Below, one piece after another: positions 12,548 to 23,033 of a stretch of DNA of 50,460 nucleotides (its first letter is position 1; the number at the start of each line of letters is the position of its first letter). A model generated the notes under the pieces. That model did no database searches and was not told where the DNA came from. It worked only from the letters and a program-made list of their open reading frames with translations. Made by a program: the position numbers and the translations under genes. Source of the DNA: Candidatus Methylomirabilia bacterium (GTDB lineage Bacteria > Methylomirabilota > Methylomirabilia > Rokubacteriales > CSP1-6); assembly GCA_041497895.1 (NCBI GenBank), contig JBGQHJ010000017.1:1-50460 (forward strand), given 5' to 3'.

Positions 12548-12576
12548 TTGACGCGCCCGCGGCCTGCCCCGATACT
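12548..12576 (+). promoter_or_regulatory. Putative sigma70 promoter, near-leaderless, for the rutE-like gene
   Basis: TTGACG-N17-GATACT ending 8 nt before ATG 12585; no Shine-Dalgarno. Confidence 0.55.
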
Positions 12577-12584
12577 CGACGGTC

Positions 12585-13193
12585 ATGAGCCCCGACACCG
12601 ACGCCCGACCCACGCTTTCCGACGAAGGCCTCGACCTCCTGTTTCGCCGGGCGCGCACCCACCGGGCCTGGCTCGACCGCCCGGTCCCCGACGACCTCCT
12701 GCGCCGGGTGTACGAGCTGGCCGCCGAGGGGCCGACCAGCGCCAACTGCAGCCCGATGCGCGTGCTCTTCGTGAAGTCGAGCGAAGCCAAGGAGCGGCTG
12801 CGCCCGGCGCTGACCCCGGGCAACGTGGACAAGACCATGCAGGCGCCGGTCACCGCGATCATCGGGCACGACCTCGAGTTCTACGAGCAGCTCCCGCGGC
12901 TGTTTCCCGCCGCCGACATGCGGGCCAACTTCGTGGGCAAGCCCGAGCTGATCGCGGCCACCGCGTTCCGCAACGGCAGCCTCCAGGGGGCCTATTTGAT
13001 GCTGGCCGCCCGCGCGTTCGGGCTCGACTGCGGTGCCATGTCCGGCTTCGACAACGCCAAGGTCGACGCCGCGTTCTTCCCCGACGGGCGCGTGAAGTCC
13101 AACTTCCTGTGCAATCTCGGTTACGGCGACGCGAGCAAGCTCGGGCCCCGGCCCCCGCGGCTTCCGTTCGCCGACGCCTGCCGCATCATCTAG
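12585..13193 (+). CDS. rutE: Nitroreductase family, malonic semialdehyde reductase RutE/YcdI-like
   Basis: [51 protein letters not shown] and [10 protein letters not shown]. Confidence 0.88.
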   Translation: MSPDTDARPTLSDEGLDLLFRRARTHRAWLDRPVPDDLLRRVYELAAEGPTSANCSPMRVLFVKSSEAKERLRPALTPGNVDKTMQAPVTAIIGHDLEFYEQLPRLFPAADMRANFVGKPELIAATAFRNGSLQGAYLMLAARAFGLDCGAMSGFDNAKVDAAFFPDGRVKSNFLCNLGYGDASKLGPRPPRLPFADACRII

Positions 13194-13206
13194 AGGAGAT
13201 CCGGTC

Positions 13207-15543
13207 ATGGCCTCCAAGCTCCTGGGCGCGCACGTCAAGCGGAAGGAAGACCCGCGGCTGATCACCGGCACCTCGCAGTACGTGGGCGACGTGGCGATGC
13301 CCGGCATGCAGCACGTGGCCTTCGTGCGGAGCCCCCACGCCCACGCCCGCGTCCGCTCGATCAAGCCCGCGGCCGCCCTCAAGGTGCCCGGGGTGGTCGC
13401 GGTGGTGACCGGGCAGGAGCTCAGGCCGCACGTCAACACGATCCCCACCGCCCAGGCCTCCGCGGAGGGCGGCGAGGTGAGCGAGGTCCAGGCCGGCCGC
13501 CAGCACTACCCGCTCTCGGTCGATCGGGTGCGCTACGTGGGCGAGCCGGTGGCCGCGGTCGTCGGGCTGTCGCCGGAGGCGGCCAGCGACGGCGCGGCCG
13601 CGGTGGAGGTGGACTGGGAGCCGCTGCCCGCGGTGGCCGACCCCTTCGCGGCCATGGCCGACGGGGCGCCCCAGCTCTTCGACGACGCGCCCAAGAACAT
13701 CGAGCACACGAACACCATCAAGGCGGGCGACCCCGACGGCGCGTTTAAAGGGGCGCATAAGATAGTCAAGCAGCGCATGAACAGCCAGCGCCTCTCCGGC
13801 GTCCCGATGGAGACGCGCGCGGTGATGGCCGCGCCCGACTTCGCGAGCGGCGGCCTCACGGTGTGGGCGACCCACCAGGCACCGCACGTGCTCCGGGGAG
13901 GGCTGGCCGACGCGCTCAAGATGCCGCAGAACCAGATCCGGGTGATCGCCCCCGAGGTCGGCGGCGGCTTCGGGGTGAAGTTCGGGACCTATCCCGAGGA
14001 CGTGACGGTGGCGGCGCTGGCGCGCATGCGGCGGGTGCCCCTGCGCTGGGTCGAGAGCCGCGTCGAGCACATGACCGGCACCACCCACGGCCGGGCCCAG
14101 ATGACCGAGATCGAGGCCGCGGTGGACGCGGAGGGCCACATCACCGGGCTGCGCATGCACGTGGTGGCCGACATCGGCGCCTACCCGATCTTCACGTTCA
14201 TCCCCGACCTCACCCTGATGATGGGGGTGGGCGTCTACGCGGTGAAGAACGTGGAGCTCAAGAGCACCTGCGTGTTCACCAACACCACCTCCGTCGCGGC
14301 CTACCGGGGCGCGGGGCGGCCGGAGGCCGCCTACTATCTCGAGCGGATGGTGGACTGCATCGCGCAGGAGCTCGGCAAGCCGCCGGAGGAGATCCGTCGG
14401 GTCAACTTCATCCCGCCGAGCGCGTTCCCGTACGCGGCGCCGACCGGGCAGAACTACGACAGCGGGGAGTACGCGCGGGCGCTGGCCAAGAGCCTCGAGG
14501 TGTCGAAGTACACCGCGCTCCGCGCGGAGCAGCGCCAGCGGATCGAGAAGAACGATCGCAAGCTGCTCGGCATCGGCATGGCCTGTTACGTGGAGATGTG
14601 CGGCTTCGGCCCCTACGAGAGCGCGATGATCCGGGTGGAGCCGAGCGGCACCGTGACCGCCTACACCGGCGCCTCCGCCCACGGCCAGGGCCACGAGACC
14701 ACCTTCGCCCAGCTCATCGCCGATTACCTCGGCGTGGACTTCGACCAGGTGGTGGTGCGCCACGGCGACACCACCGGCGCGCCGATGGGCTTCGGCACCG
14801 GTGGCAGCCGCAGCCTGGTGGTCGGCGGCTCGGCCATGGTCAAGGCGGCCGAGAAGGTGCAGGAGCGCGCGCGGCGCATCGCGGCCTCCATGCTCGAGGC
14901 CGCCTTCGAGGACGTGGTGGTGACCGACGGCAAGTACCACGTCAAGGGCGCGCCGGCCAAGAGCCTGGCCCTGGCCCAGATCGCGGAGAAGGCCTACGGC
15001 GAGGGCCTGCCCGCGGGCATGGAGCCCGGCCTCGAGGCGACCGAGTACTTCCGGCCGCCGCAGCTCGTGTATCCCTTCGGCGCGCACGTGGCGGTGGTCG
15101 AGGTGGACCGCGACACCGGCCGCATCGCGCTCCGCGACTACACCTCGGTGGACGACTGCGGCACGCGAGTGAGCCCGACGCTGGTCGACGGCCAGGTGCA
15201 CGGCGGCATCGCCCAGGGCGTGGCCCAATCGCTGCTCGAGGAAGTGGTCTACGACCGGGACGGCCAGCTCGTCACCGGCTCGCTGATGGACTATGCGATC
15301 CCACGCGCCGAGGACCTGCCGTTCTTCGTGACCGACCAGACGGTGACCACGTCGCCCTTCAACCCGCTCGGGGCAAAGGGGATCGGCGAGGCCGCCACCA
15401 TCGGCTCCACTCCGGCCATCGTGAACGCGGTGGTCGACGCGTTGAAGCCTTTCGGCGTGCGCCACCTCGACATGCCGCTCCGCCCGGAGCGGGTGTGGCG
15501 GGCGATGCAGGAGGGCGGCTCGGCGCGCCGGCCGACACCATAG
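13207..15543 (+). CDS. Xanthine dehydrogenase family molybdopterin-binding subunit (CoxL/CutL-like, not form I)
   Basis: RKEDPRLITG, VGGGFGVK, AYRGAGRPEA, HGQGHETT, GQVHGGIAQG and KGIGE; GAGGAG RBS. Confidence 0.92.
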   Translation: MASKLLGAHVKRKEDPRLITGTSQYVGDVAMPGMQHVAFVRSPHAHARVRSIKPAAALKVPGVVAVVTGQELRPHVNTIPTAQASAEGGEVSEVQAGRQHYPLSVDRVRYVGEPVAAVVGLSPEAASDGAAAVEVDWEPLPAVADPFAAMADGAPQLFDDAPKNIEHTNTIKAGDPDGAFKGAHKIVKQRMNSQRLSGVPMETRAVMAAPDFASGGLTVWATHQAPHVLRGGLADALKMPQNQIRVIAPEVGGGFGVKFGTYPEDVTVAALARMRRVPLRWVESRVEHMTGTTHGRAQMTEIEAAVDAEGHITGLRMHVVADIGAYPIFTFIPDLTLMMGVGVYAVKNVELKSTCVFTNTTSVAAYRGAGRPEAAYYLERMVDCIAQELGKPPEEIRRVNFIPPSAFPYAAPTGQNYDSGEYARALAKSLEVSKYTALRAEQRQRIEKNDRKLLGIGMACYVEMCGFGPYESAMIRVEPSGTVTAYTGASAHGQGHETTFAQLIADYLGVDFDQVVVRHGDTTGAPMGFGTGGSRSLVVGGSAMVKAAEKVQERARRIAASMLEAAFEDVVVTDGKYHVKGAPAKSLALAQIAEKAYGEGLPAGMEPGLEATEYFRPPQLVYPFGAHVAVVEVDRDTGRIALRDYTSVDDCGTRVSPTLVDGQVHGGIAQGVAQSLLEEVVYDRDGQLVTGSLMDYAIPRAEDLPFFVTDQTVTTSPFNPLGAKGIGEAATIGSTPAIVNAVVDALKPFGVRHLDMPLRPERVWRAMQEGGSARRPTP

Positions 15544-15577
15544 TTGCCCGCCGAGCGCCGGCGCCGCTCGTCGGTTC

Positions 15578-15606
15578 TTGACTCCCGGGCGGTCTCCCGC
15601 TAACGT
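15578..15606 (+). promoter_or_regulatory. Putative sigma70 promoter for the cyclase gene
   Basis: TTGACT-N17-TAACGT ending 10 nt before ATG 15617. Confidence 0.5.
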
Positions 15607-15616
15607 CGGCCTCCGG

Positions 15617-18600
15617 ATGAAATGTCCCAGGTGCCAGCAGGATAACCCGGCTCACGCTCGGTTCTGCCTCGGCTGCGGTGCCCGGCTCGCGCTCGCCTGC
15701 GGTTCCTGTGGGGTGGAGCTGCCCGGCGGTGCCCGGTTCTGCCTCCAGTGCGGTCAAGCGGTCGGCGGGGACACCGCGGCCGCGATGCGGTCGCCGGCCC
15801 CGGAGACCTACACCCCCAAGCACCTGGTGGAGAAGATTCTCACCTCCAAGGCGGCCCTCGAGGGTGAGCGCAAGCAGGTCACCGTCCTCTTCGCGGACCT
15901 GAAGGGCTCGATGGAGCTGCTCGCGGATCGTGATCCGGAGGAGGCGCGCAAGCTGCTCGACCCGGTCCTCGAGCGGATGATGGAAGCCGTCCACCGATAC
16001 GAGGGAACCGTCAACCAGGTCATGGGCGACGGGATCATGGCTCTCTTCGGAGCTCCGCTCGCGCACGAGGATCACGCGGTCAGGGCGTGCTACGCCGCCC
16101 TCCGCATGCAGGAAGTGGTGAAGCGCTACGCCGAGGAGGTGCGGCGTGCCCACGGGATGACCGTCCGGATCCGCGTCGGACTGAACTCCGGCGAGGTCGT
16201 GGTCCGCGCCATCGGCAGCGACCTGCACATGGACTACACCGCGGTCGGCCAGACGACGCACCTCGCCGCGCGCATGGAGCAGCTCGCCGATCCCGGGAGC
16301 ATCCTCCTGAGTCCGGCCACGCTCGAGCTGGCCGGGGGCTACGTGGAGGTGCGATCTCTCGGGCTCGTGCCGGTGAAAGGTCTCCCGGACCCGGTCGAGG
16401 TCTACGAGCTGACCGGAGCCGGAACGGCGCGATCACGACTCCAGGCGACGGCCTCCCGGGGCCTCACGCCCTTCGTCGGACGCGACCCGGAGCTCGCGCA
16501 TCTCGTCCGGGCGCAGGAGCAGGCGCACGGCGGCCATGGCCAGCTCGTGGCGATCGTCGGCGAGGCGGGCGTGGGCAAGTCCCGGCTCTACCACGAATTC
16601 ATTCACTCCCATCGGGTCCAGGGCTGGCTCGTCCTGCAGGCCAGCGCCGTGTCCCACGGCAAGAGCATCAGCTATCTGCCCGTCATCGACCTCCTGAAGG
16701 CGTACTGCAAGCTCGAGGAGCGCGACGATCACCGCGCACTCCGGGAGAAGATCACCGGCAAGCTCTTCACCCTCGACGAGTCCCTGAAGCCGCTCCTGCC
16801 CGCGTTCTTCGGCCTCCTCGACGTGCCCGTCGACGATCCGCAGTGGCAGGCGCTCGATCCGGCACAGCGGCGCCACCAGACCCTCGACGCCAACAAGCGC
16901 CTGCTGCTCCGTGAAGCGCAGGCCCAGCCGGTGGCCGTCATCTTCGAGGACCTCCACTGGGTCGACACCGAGACCCAGGCCCTGCTCGACAGCCTCGTGG
17001 CGAGCCTGCCCGCGGCACGCCTGCTGATGCTCGTCAACTATCGTCCGGAGTACCAGCACGGCTGGGGCAGCAAGACGTATTACACGCAGCTGCGCCTGGA
17101 CGCGTTGCCGGCTGAGAACGCCGGGGAGCTGCTCGAAGGTCTACTCGGAGGCGATCCGGGGCTCGCGCCGCTCAAGTCGCTGCTGACCGAGAGGACCTCG
17201 GGCAATCCCCTCTTCCTGGAAGAGAGCGTCAGAACCCTGGTCGAGACGCGGGCCCTGACCGGGACGCGCGGCGCCTACCGGCTCGCCCAGCCGGTCGAGG
17301 CGATCCGGGTGCCGGCCACGGTCCAGTCGATCCTGGCCTCCCGAATCGACCGTCTGCCGCTCGACGAGAAGCGTCTCCTGCAGTCCGCCGCGGTGATCGG
17401 AAAGGACGTCCCGCTCGGGCTTCTCCACGGGATCGCCGGGCTTCCGGAGGAGGAGCTCCGCCGGGGGCTCGCCCATCTCCAGGCCGCCGAGTTCCTGTAC
17501 GAGAAGAACCTTTTCCCGGACCTCGAGTACACGTTCAAGCACGCGCTGACGCACGACGTGGCGTACGGCAGCCTGCTGCAGGACCGGCGACGCGACCTGC
17601 ACGCCAAGGTCATGGAAACGATCGAGGCGCTCTACGCCGATCGCCCGATCGAGCAGATCGAGCGGCTCGCCCACCACGCGTTCCGGGGCGAGGTGTGGAC
17701 AAGGGCTGTGGGCTATCTCCGTCAGGCCGCCGGCAAGGCCTTCGCCCGGTCGGCCAATCGGGAAGCGGTGGCGTACCTCGAGCAGGCCCTCGCGGCCCTG
17801 GCCCATCTGCCCGAGTCCCGCGAGACGATGGAGCTGGCGATCGATCTTCGCTTCGAGATGCGGAGCTCGCTCTTCCCGCTCGGGGAAGTCGGGGCGATGC
17901 TGGCCGTTCTCCGAGATGCGGAGCGCATCGCCACCGCGCTCGATGATCGACGGCGGCTGGCCTGGGTGTCCGTCTACATGAGCCAGTATTCCTGGGTCAC
18001 CGGTCACCTGACCGAGGCGAGAGCGTTCGGGGAGCGTGCGGGGGGCATCGCCGAGGCGCTGGGGGATTCGCCGCTCCAAGCCGTCGCCAATTATTATGCC
18101 GGTGCGGCGTGCTTTGCCTCGACCGACTATCGGGACGCCGAAGGCTTTCTCCGGAAAGCGCTGCACTACCTCGAAGGTGAGCTGAGCCGCGAACGCTTTG
18201 GCCTGGCCGGCTTTCCCTCGGTCATGGCCCGGTGGCTATTGGCATCCTCACTCGCCGAGCGTGGCGAGTTCCCTGAAGGACTGGTTCACGGCCAGGAAGG
18301 GCTGCTGATCGCCGACGAGCTTCGGCATCCGTACAGCCTGATCCTCATGTGCTGGGGACTCGCGCTGCTCTATGCCCTCAAGGGAGAGCTGAGCCGCGCC
18401 AGCGCGCAGATCGAGCGCGCGCTGTCTCTCTGCCGTGACTGGACCGTGCCGGTCCTGTCACCGGTGACGGCGGGGTTCCTGGGCTACTTGCAGGTGCTGT
18501 CCGGCCAGGTCGCGGAGGGCCTCGCGGCGCTGCAGCAGGCGGAAAAGGACCAGGAAGCCAGCGGGCTGGCGCTCTATCATTCGCGCCTCGTCCTCTGGCT

Positions 18601-18982
18601 GGGGGAAGCGCTGATGCGGGCTGACCGGCTCGAGGAGGCGCAGACTCAGGCCGAGCGCGCGCTGGTGCTGACGCGGGAGCGTGGGGAGCGCGGCCTGGAA
18701 GCCTGGGCCCTCTGGCTCCTCGGCGAGATCGCCTCCCATCGCGAGCCAACCGAGGTCGAGACCGCCGCAGATCACTACCGTCAGGCCCTGATCCTGGCCG
18801 ACGAGCGCGAGCTGTGTCCGCTCGTCGGCCGCTGTCACAGCGGCCTCGGCAGGCTCTACCGGCGCGGGGGCCAGCGATCGGCGGCGCAGGAGCATCTCTC
18901 AATCGCGACCGCGATGTACCGCCAGATGGACATGAGGTCCTGGGTCGAGCAGGCGGAGGCGGAGCTGGCGTCGCTGAGCTGA
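15617..18982 (+). CDS. Double zinc ribbon, class III cyclase, AAA (STAND) ATPase, TPR protein
   Basis: Four CxxC pairs (MKCPRC...FCLGC...CGSC...FCLQC); LFADLKGS and [12 protein letters not shown]; Walker A GEAGVGKS; Walker [17 protein letters not shown]; helical TPR C-terminus. Confidence 0.92.
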   Translation: MKCPRCQQDNPAHARFCLGCGARLALACGSCGVELPGGARFCLQCGQAVGGDTAAAMRSPAPETYTPKHLVEKILTSKAALEGERKQVTVLFADLKGSMELLADRDPEEARKLLDPVLERMMEAVHRYEGTVNQVMGDGIMALFGAPLAHEDHAVRACYAALRMQEVVKRYAEEVRRAHGMTVRIRVGLNSGEVVVRAIGSDLHMDYTAVGQTTHLAARMEQLADPGSILLSPATLELAGGYVEVRSLGLVPVKGLPDPVEVYELTGAGTARSRLQATASRGLTPFVGRDPELAHLVRAQEQAHGGHGQLVAIVGEAGVGKSRLYHEFIHSHRVQGWLVLQASAVSHGKSISYLPVIDLLKAYCKLEERDDHRALREKITGKLFTLDESLKPLLPAFFGLLDVPVDDPQWQALDPAQRRHQTLDANKRLLLREAQAQPVAVIFEDLHWVDTETQALLDSLVASLPAARLLMLVNYRPEYQHGWGSKTYYTQLRLDALPAENAGELLEGLLGGDPGLAPLKSLLTERTSGNPLFLEESVRTLVETRALTGTRGAYRLAQPVEAIRVPATVQSILASRIDRLPLDEKRLLQSAAVIGKDVPLGLLHGIAGLPEEELRRGLAHLQAAEFLYEKNLFPDLEYTFKHALTHDVAYGSLLQDRRRDLHAKVMETIEALYADRPIEQIERLAHHAFRGEVWTRAVGYLRQAAGKAFARSANREAVAYLEQALAALAHLPESRETMELAIDLRFEMRSSLFPLGEVGAMLAVLRDAERIATALDDRRRLAWVSVYMSQYSWVTGHLTEARAFGERAGGIAEALGDSPLQAVANYYAGAACFASTDYRDAEGFLRKALHYLEGELSRERFGLAGFPSVMARWLLASSLAERGEFPEGLVHGQEGLLIADELRHPYSLILMCWGLALLYALKGELSRASAQIERALSLCRDWTVPVLSPVTAGFLGYLQVLSGQVAEGLAALQQAEKDQEASGLALYHSRLVLWLGEALMRADRLEEAQTQAERALVLTRERGERGLEAWALWLLGEIASHREPTEVETAADHYRQALILADERELCPLVGRCHSGLGRLYRRGGQRSAAQEHLSIATAMYRQMDMRSWVEQAEAELASLS

Positions 18983-18995
18983 GGAGGACGCGTCG

Positions 18996-19886
18996 ATGGG
19001 CCAGACGATTTCGCCCGCCGATCCTCATCCCCGGCGGCGGGTGCGGGTGCGCGACACGGAGATGGCGTACGTCGACGCCGGCGAGGGCGATCCGGTGGTC
19101 TTCCTCCACGGCAACCCCACGTCGTCCTACCTCTGGCGCAACGTGATCCCGCACGTCCAGGCCGTCGGCCGGTGCCTCGCGCCGGACCTGGTCGGCATGG
19201 GCGACTCGGGCAAGGCGCCCGCCGGCTCCTACCGCTTCGTGGACCACGCGCGCTATCTCGACGCGTGGTTCGAGGCGCTCGGGCTCACCCGCAACGTGAC
19301 CCTGGTCGTGCACGACTGGGGCTCGGCCCTCGGCTTCCACTGGGCCCACCGTCATCTCGAGCGGGTGCGCGGGCTCGTGTACATGGAGGCGCTCGTTCGG
19401 CCCGTGACGTGGGAGGAGTGGCCGGCCGCCGCCCGGAAGATCTTCCAGGCGATGCGCTCGCCGGCCGGCGAGGAGATGGTGCTGCAGAAGAACGTCTTCG
19501 TGGAGCGGATCCTCCCCCTGAGCGTGCTGCGTGGGCTCGGCGATGCGGAGATGGCGGTCTACCGCCGGCCGTACCTCGAGCCCGGCGAGTCGCGGCGCCC
19601 CACCTTGACCTGGCCGCGGGAGATCCCCGTCGGGGGTGAGCCGGAGGACGTCGGCGCTATCGTCGAGGCCTACAGCCGATGGCTGGCCGCGAGCGACCTG
19701 CCCAAGGTGTTCATCAACGCGGATCCGGGCACGATTCTAACCGGGCCGCAGCGCGAGTTCTGCCGGGGGTGGCCCAACCAGGAGGAAATCACCGTGAAGG
19801 GCAGCCACTTCATCCAGGAGGATTCGCCCGACGAGATCGGCCGGGCGGTGGCCCGCTTCGTGGGGCGGCTGGCGGGGACGTCCTAG
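18996..19886 (+). CDS. dhaA: Haloalkane dehalogenase, HLD-II (DhaA/LinB-like)
   Basis: [12 protein letters not shown] (halide-binding Asn), VHDWGS (nucleophile Asp and Trp), YMEA (acid Glu) and [10 protein letters not shown] (base His). Confidence 0.9.
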   Translation: MGQTISPADPHPRRRVRVRDTEMAYVDAGEGDPVVFLHGNPTSSYLWRNVIPHVQAVGRCLAPDLVGMGDSGKAPAGSYRFVDHARYLDAWFEALGLTRNVTLVVHDWGSALGFHWAHRHLERVRGLVYMEALVRPVTWEEWPAAARKIFQAMRSPAGEEMVLQKNVFVERILPLSVLRGLGDAEMAVYRRPYLEPGESRRPTLTWPREIPVGGEPEDVGAIVEAYSRWLAASDLPKVFINADPGTILTGPQREFCRGWPNQEEITVKGSHFIQEDSPDEIGRAVARFVGRLAGTS

Positions 19887-20761
19887 CGCAGGAACGCGCG
19901 GACCACGCGCAGGAACTCGTCGAGCCGGTCGTGGTGCAGCCAGTGGCCGGCGCGATCGATACCGACCACGGTCGCGTCGCGGAAGGGCGCGGCACGCCCG
20001 TCCTCGGCCGGGTTGCCGGAGCGACTCTCGGTGCCGTAGAGCAGAAGCGTCGGGCACGCGATGCGTGACCAGAGGCCCTTGATGTCCTGCCCCCGCATGT
20101 CGTAGGGCGGGAACACCCGCACGTAGTTGTCGAACTTCCAGCTGTAGGTGCCGTCCTCGTTCTGGTTCACCCCGTGCACGGTGAGGTGGCGCGCCTGCGC
20201 AGCAGAGAGGTGCGGGTTCTCCTCCTGCATGCGCCGGAAGGCGTCCTCGATCGAGGCGTAGCGTCGGGGCAGCCGGCCCGCCAGCCCGCGCTGCTCGCGG
20301 ATCCACTCGTCCAGGCGCGTCGCGATCGACTTGGCCGATCGCTCGGCCCAGGCCTGGGGCGACGGCCCGAGGCCCTCGATCGCGACCAGTCGAGCCACCG
20401 TCTCCGGGTAGATGCCGGCGTAGCGCAGCGCCACGTTGCCGCCCAGCGAGTGGGCGATGATGGTGACCGGGGCCAGGCGCTGGCCGTGGATGAGCTGGGC
20501 CAGATCGTAGATGTAGCCGGTCATCGCGTAGCTGCCGTCGGCGGACCACTGGCTGTCGCCGTGGCCGCGCAGGTCGGGCGCGATGATGTGCCAGTCGTCC
20601 CGTAGCGCGGCGGCCGCCCAGTCCCAGTTGCGGCAGTGGTCCCGCCCGCCGTGGATCATGAGGAGCGGCGGCTTGTCGGGGTTGCCCCAGTCCACGTAGT
20701 GCAGCCGCAGGCGCTGCGAGAAGAAGGTGTGCGAGGCGGGTCCGGGCGTGCGGTCGGTCAT
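19883..20761 (-). CDS. Alpha/beta fold hydrolase
   Basis: [22 protein letters not shown] nucleophile elbow and [11 protein letters not shown] 20761 overlaps the upstream TGA. Confidence 0.88.
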   Translation of the reverse strand: MTDRTPGPASHTFFSQRLRLHYVDWGNPDKPPLLMIHGGRDHCRNWDWAAAALRDDWHIIAPDLRGHGDSQWSADGSYAMTGYIYDLAQLIHGQRLAPVTIIAHSLGGNVALRYAGIYPETVARLVAIEGLGPSPQAWAERSAKSIATRLDEWIREQRGLAGRLPRRYASIEDAFRRMQEENPHLSAAQARHLTVHGVNQNEDGTYSWKFDNYVRVFPPYDMRGQDIKGLWSRIACPTLLLYGTESRSGNPAEDGRAAPFRDATVVGIDRAGHWLHHDRLDEFLRVVRAFLR

Positions 20762-21822
20762 CGGCGGGTCACCAGGTAGTCTACCGCGTGGCGGTGGCTC
20801 TCGAGGAGACCGGGCAGGCGCGCGGGCTCGCCGCGCCCCCAGCCGCACTCGGTGGCCACCCCGAAGGCGGGCACCGCGTCGCGCGCGACGTCGATGCGCC
20901 GCCGGTCGCCCTCGCGGTCGTCGTGGTGGAGCAGGCCCAGATAGAGGCGCAGCCCCGGCGGCAGGGCGAGGTCGCGCAGGGGCGCGAAGTACGCGGCGTC
21001 GTCGCGGTCGCGCGGCACCGGCAGGTGGAGGAAGTCAACGCGCCGCTTCAACCGGGTGAAGATCGCGCCGGCCAGCGCGGACAGGATCGCGGTGTCCTTC
21101 GGCATCACGAGGTGCTGGTCGGCCGGGCTGCCGTAGCAGAGGTGGTAGCCCATCTCCACCTCCGCGGGTACCGCGTCGCCCAGTCGGCCGAGCAGCGCGG
21201 AGATGCGCTCCTCGTAGTCGTGCGGGCGCGTCGGGAAGTAGTTCTCGAGGACGAGCACCTCCTGGCAGATGTCCCATTGGATCGAGAGGTCGGAGCGCGG
21301 GATGTCCGCCACGATCCGGTCGAGGTCGCGGCGCAGCGAGCGCTCGTAGGCGCGCTGGTAGTCGTCGTGGGCGCGCGGGCTCACGTACATGAACGCGCTC
21401 GACATGGGCGTGGGCAGGCAGACCTGGAAGCGCAGGTCCGCGGCGAGCGCGCCCTCCCGGCGCAGCCGGTCGAAGAGGACCCACGACTCCCGCGCCGCCT
21501 CCGCGTAGCCGGTCGGGAACTCGACGCGGTCGGGATCGACCCCGGGACGGAAGCGAAGGAGGGGGGCGCGGCGCAGGAGCGAGCCGTCCCACTGGCGGAG
21601 CTCGAGCAGCCCGGCCTCGGGATCCACCTCCATGGCCGGGTGCCGCTCGAGCATCGCGCGCTGCCAGTAGATCCACCGGCGCCGCTCGCCGGTCTCGCCA
21701 TCGGGCATGCGCGAGAGCAGGGGGCCGAGCGCGGAGCCGAGAGCGCGGAACACCTCCTCGGTGGACGGCAGGGGCACGCTGCCGATCAGGTGGACGAGCC
21801 CGCGGGCCGCGTCCGCGGTCAC
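20758..21822 (-). CDS. Cobalamin-independent methionine synthase (MetE)-like / UROD-MetE superfamily protein
   Basis: HLIGSVPL, PDGETGER, IQWDI, GYHLCYG and ATECGWGR (H-x-C...C zinc-site pattern); GTG 21822 overlaps the upstream TGA. Confidence 0.72.
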   Translation of the reverse strand: MTADAARGLVHLIGSVPLPSTEEVFRALGSALGPLLSRMPDGETGERRRWIYWQRAMLERHPAMEVDPEAGLLELRQWDGSLLRRAPLLRFRPGVDPDRVEFPTGYAEAARESWVLFDRLRREGALAADLRFQVCLPTPMSSAFMYVSPRAHDDYQRAYERSLRRDLDRIVADIPRSDLSIQWDICQEVLVLENYFPTRPHDYEERISALLGRLGDAVPAEVEMGYHLCYGSPADQHLVMPKDTAILSALAGAIFTRLKRRVDFLHLPVPRDRDDAAYFAPLRDLALPPGLRLYLGLLHHDDREGDRRRIDVARDAVPAFGVATECGWGRGEPARLPGLLESHRHAVDYLVTRR

Positions 21823-22499
21823 GTGATCACCGCCCCGCGCGCGAGCGTGGCCACCCGGTCCGCGACCGCCTTCGCCATCGCGGGCTCGCGCTCGGTGAGG
21901 AGGATGCTCACGCCCTGGGCGCGGATCTCGCCGATCAGGTGGGCCACCACGGGCCGGTCGTCCACCGGCAGGCGGCCGAGCGGGTCGTCGAGGAGCAGGA
22001 GCCGGGGGCGGAGGGCCAGGGCCTGCGCGAGCGCGAGCCGTCCCAACGCGGCCGCCGGCAGGCCGTCGCGACGCCGGCGCGCGTGGGGGGCGAGCCCGAC
22101 GCGATCGAGCAGCGCCGCGACGCGCGTGCGGGCGCGCGCGCCCGGCCACTTGGCCAGCACCGCGGCCACCGCGCCCAGCCGCGGCCAGCGCACCGCCAGC
22201 GCCACCGCGTCCGCGACCGTGAGCGGCCAGGGCGGCGACGGAAGCTGGCTGGCCCGGACCAGGCCCTGCTGGGCGAGCTCGCGTGGGCCCAGGCCGGTCA
22301 CCTCGCGGCCGTCGAAGATGAGCCGGCCCGACTCTGCGGGCAGGGCCCCGCCCAGGCAGCGCAGGCAGGCGGTCTTGCCGGATCCGGCCGGCCCGCAGAG
22401 GGCGAGGATCTCGCCCTCCTCGAGCGTGAAGGAGAGCGCGTCGAGCACCGCGACCCGTCCCACGTGGCAGGTGAGGCCGACGACCTCCAGGATCTTCAC
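21819..22499 (-). CDS. Degenerate ABC ATP-binding protein (LivG-like)
   Basis: Walker A GPAGSGKT and SGRLIFDGREVT are present; signature reads LPAAA, Walker B reads LLLLDDP, H-loop reads LLTERE. Confidence 0.75.
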   Translation of the reverse strand: MKILEVVGLTCHVGRVAVLDALSFTLEEGEILALCGPAGSGKTACLRCLGGALPAESGRLIFDGREVTGLGPRELAQQGLVRASQLPSPPWPLTVADAVALAVRWPRLGAVAAVLAKWPGARARTRVAALLDRVGLAPHARRRRDGLPAAALGRLALAQALALRPRLLLLDDPLGRLPVDDRPVVAHLIGEIRAQGVSILLTEREPAMAKAVADRVATLARGAVIT

Positions 22500-22533
22500 C
22501 TTGGTAGGATCTTCACTTTGGCAGGATCTTCAC
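22489..22533 (-). repeat. Three exact 11-bp direct repeats GTGAAGATCCT with a 17-bp period
   Basis: Plus-strand AGGATCTTCAC at 22489-22499, 22506-22516 and 22523-22533, separated by CTTGGT and TTTGGC. Confidence 0.9.
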
Positions 22534-22618
22534 GCGAGATCGTGCAGCCGGCGGCGCATCACGGCATCTTAGCCCGGGGCCACCGCCTGTGCTAGCCTCC
22601 GGTCGAATCTGGGACGGC

Positions 22619-22645
22619 GGTCGAAGTGGCGCCCGGTCGGACGTC
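22619..22645 (+). promoter_or_regulatory. Putative ECF42-type autoregulatory promoter
   Basis: GGTCGA-N17-CGTC about 37 nt upstream of the YciI/DGPF gene; resembles the TGTCGA...CG(A/T)C motif described for ECF42. Confidence 0.5.
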
Positions 22646-22682
22646 ATCAGGGTGATCGAGCCCAACCGACGGAGGACGAGCA

Positions 22683-23033
22683 ATGAAATACACGATCCTG
22701 ATCTACGAGACCCCGATCGAGCTCGGCGCCCGCACCGACCAGCGCCGCCAGCCCACCTACTGGGGCGCCTACCGCGCGTACACCGAGGCCCTCAAGGCGG
22801 CCGGGATCATGACCGGCGGCTCCGGGCTCCAGCCGCCCTCGGTCGCGACCACCCTGCGCCAGCGCGACGGCAAGCGGCAGGTCCAGGACGGGCCCTACGC
22901 CGAGACCAAGGAGCAGCTCGGCGGCTACTACGAGATCGACGTCGCCGATCTCGACACCGCGCTCGACTGGGCCGCCCGCTGTCCGGCGGTCGCGACGGGG
23001 GCGGTGGAGGTGCGACCCAACCTGGTGATGTGA
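22683..23033 (+). CDS. YciI/DGPF-family protein
   Basis: MKYTILIY, ATTLR, DGPYAETKEQLGGYY and GAVEVRP; GGAGG RBS. Confidence 0.9.
   Translation: MKYTILIYETPIELGARTDQRRQPTYWGAYRAYTEALKAAGIMTGGSGLQPPSVATTLRQRDGKRQVQDGPYAETKEQLGGYYEIDVADLDTALDWAARCPAVATGAVEVRPNLVM

Noticed and set aside
13207..15543. Aerobic CO dehydrogenase CoxL
   Set aside because: The active-site loop is AYRGAGR rather than AYxCSFR, and coxM/coxS are not adjacent.
15549..15580. Hairpin after the Mo-subunit gene as an intrinsic terminator
   Set aside because: The stem is imperfect and the U-tract is short (TTCTT); too weak to call in such GC-rich DNA.
22489..22533. Short direct repeats as a mini-CRISPR or iterons
   Set aside because: Units are 11 bp with 6-nt similar spacers, and there is no cas or rep gene; kept only as a tandem repeat.
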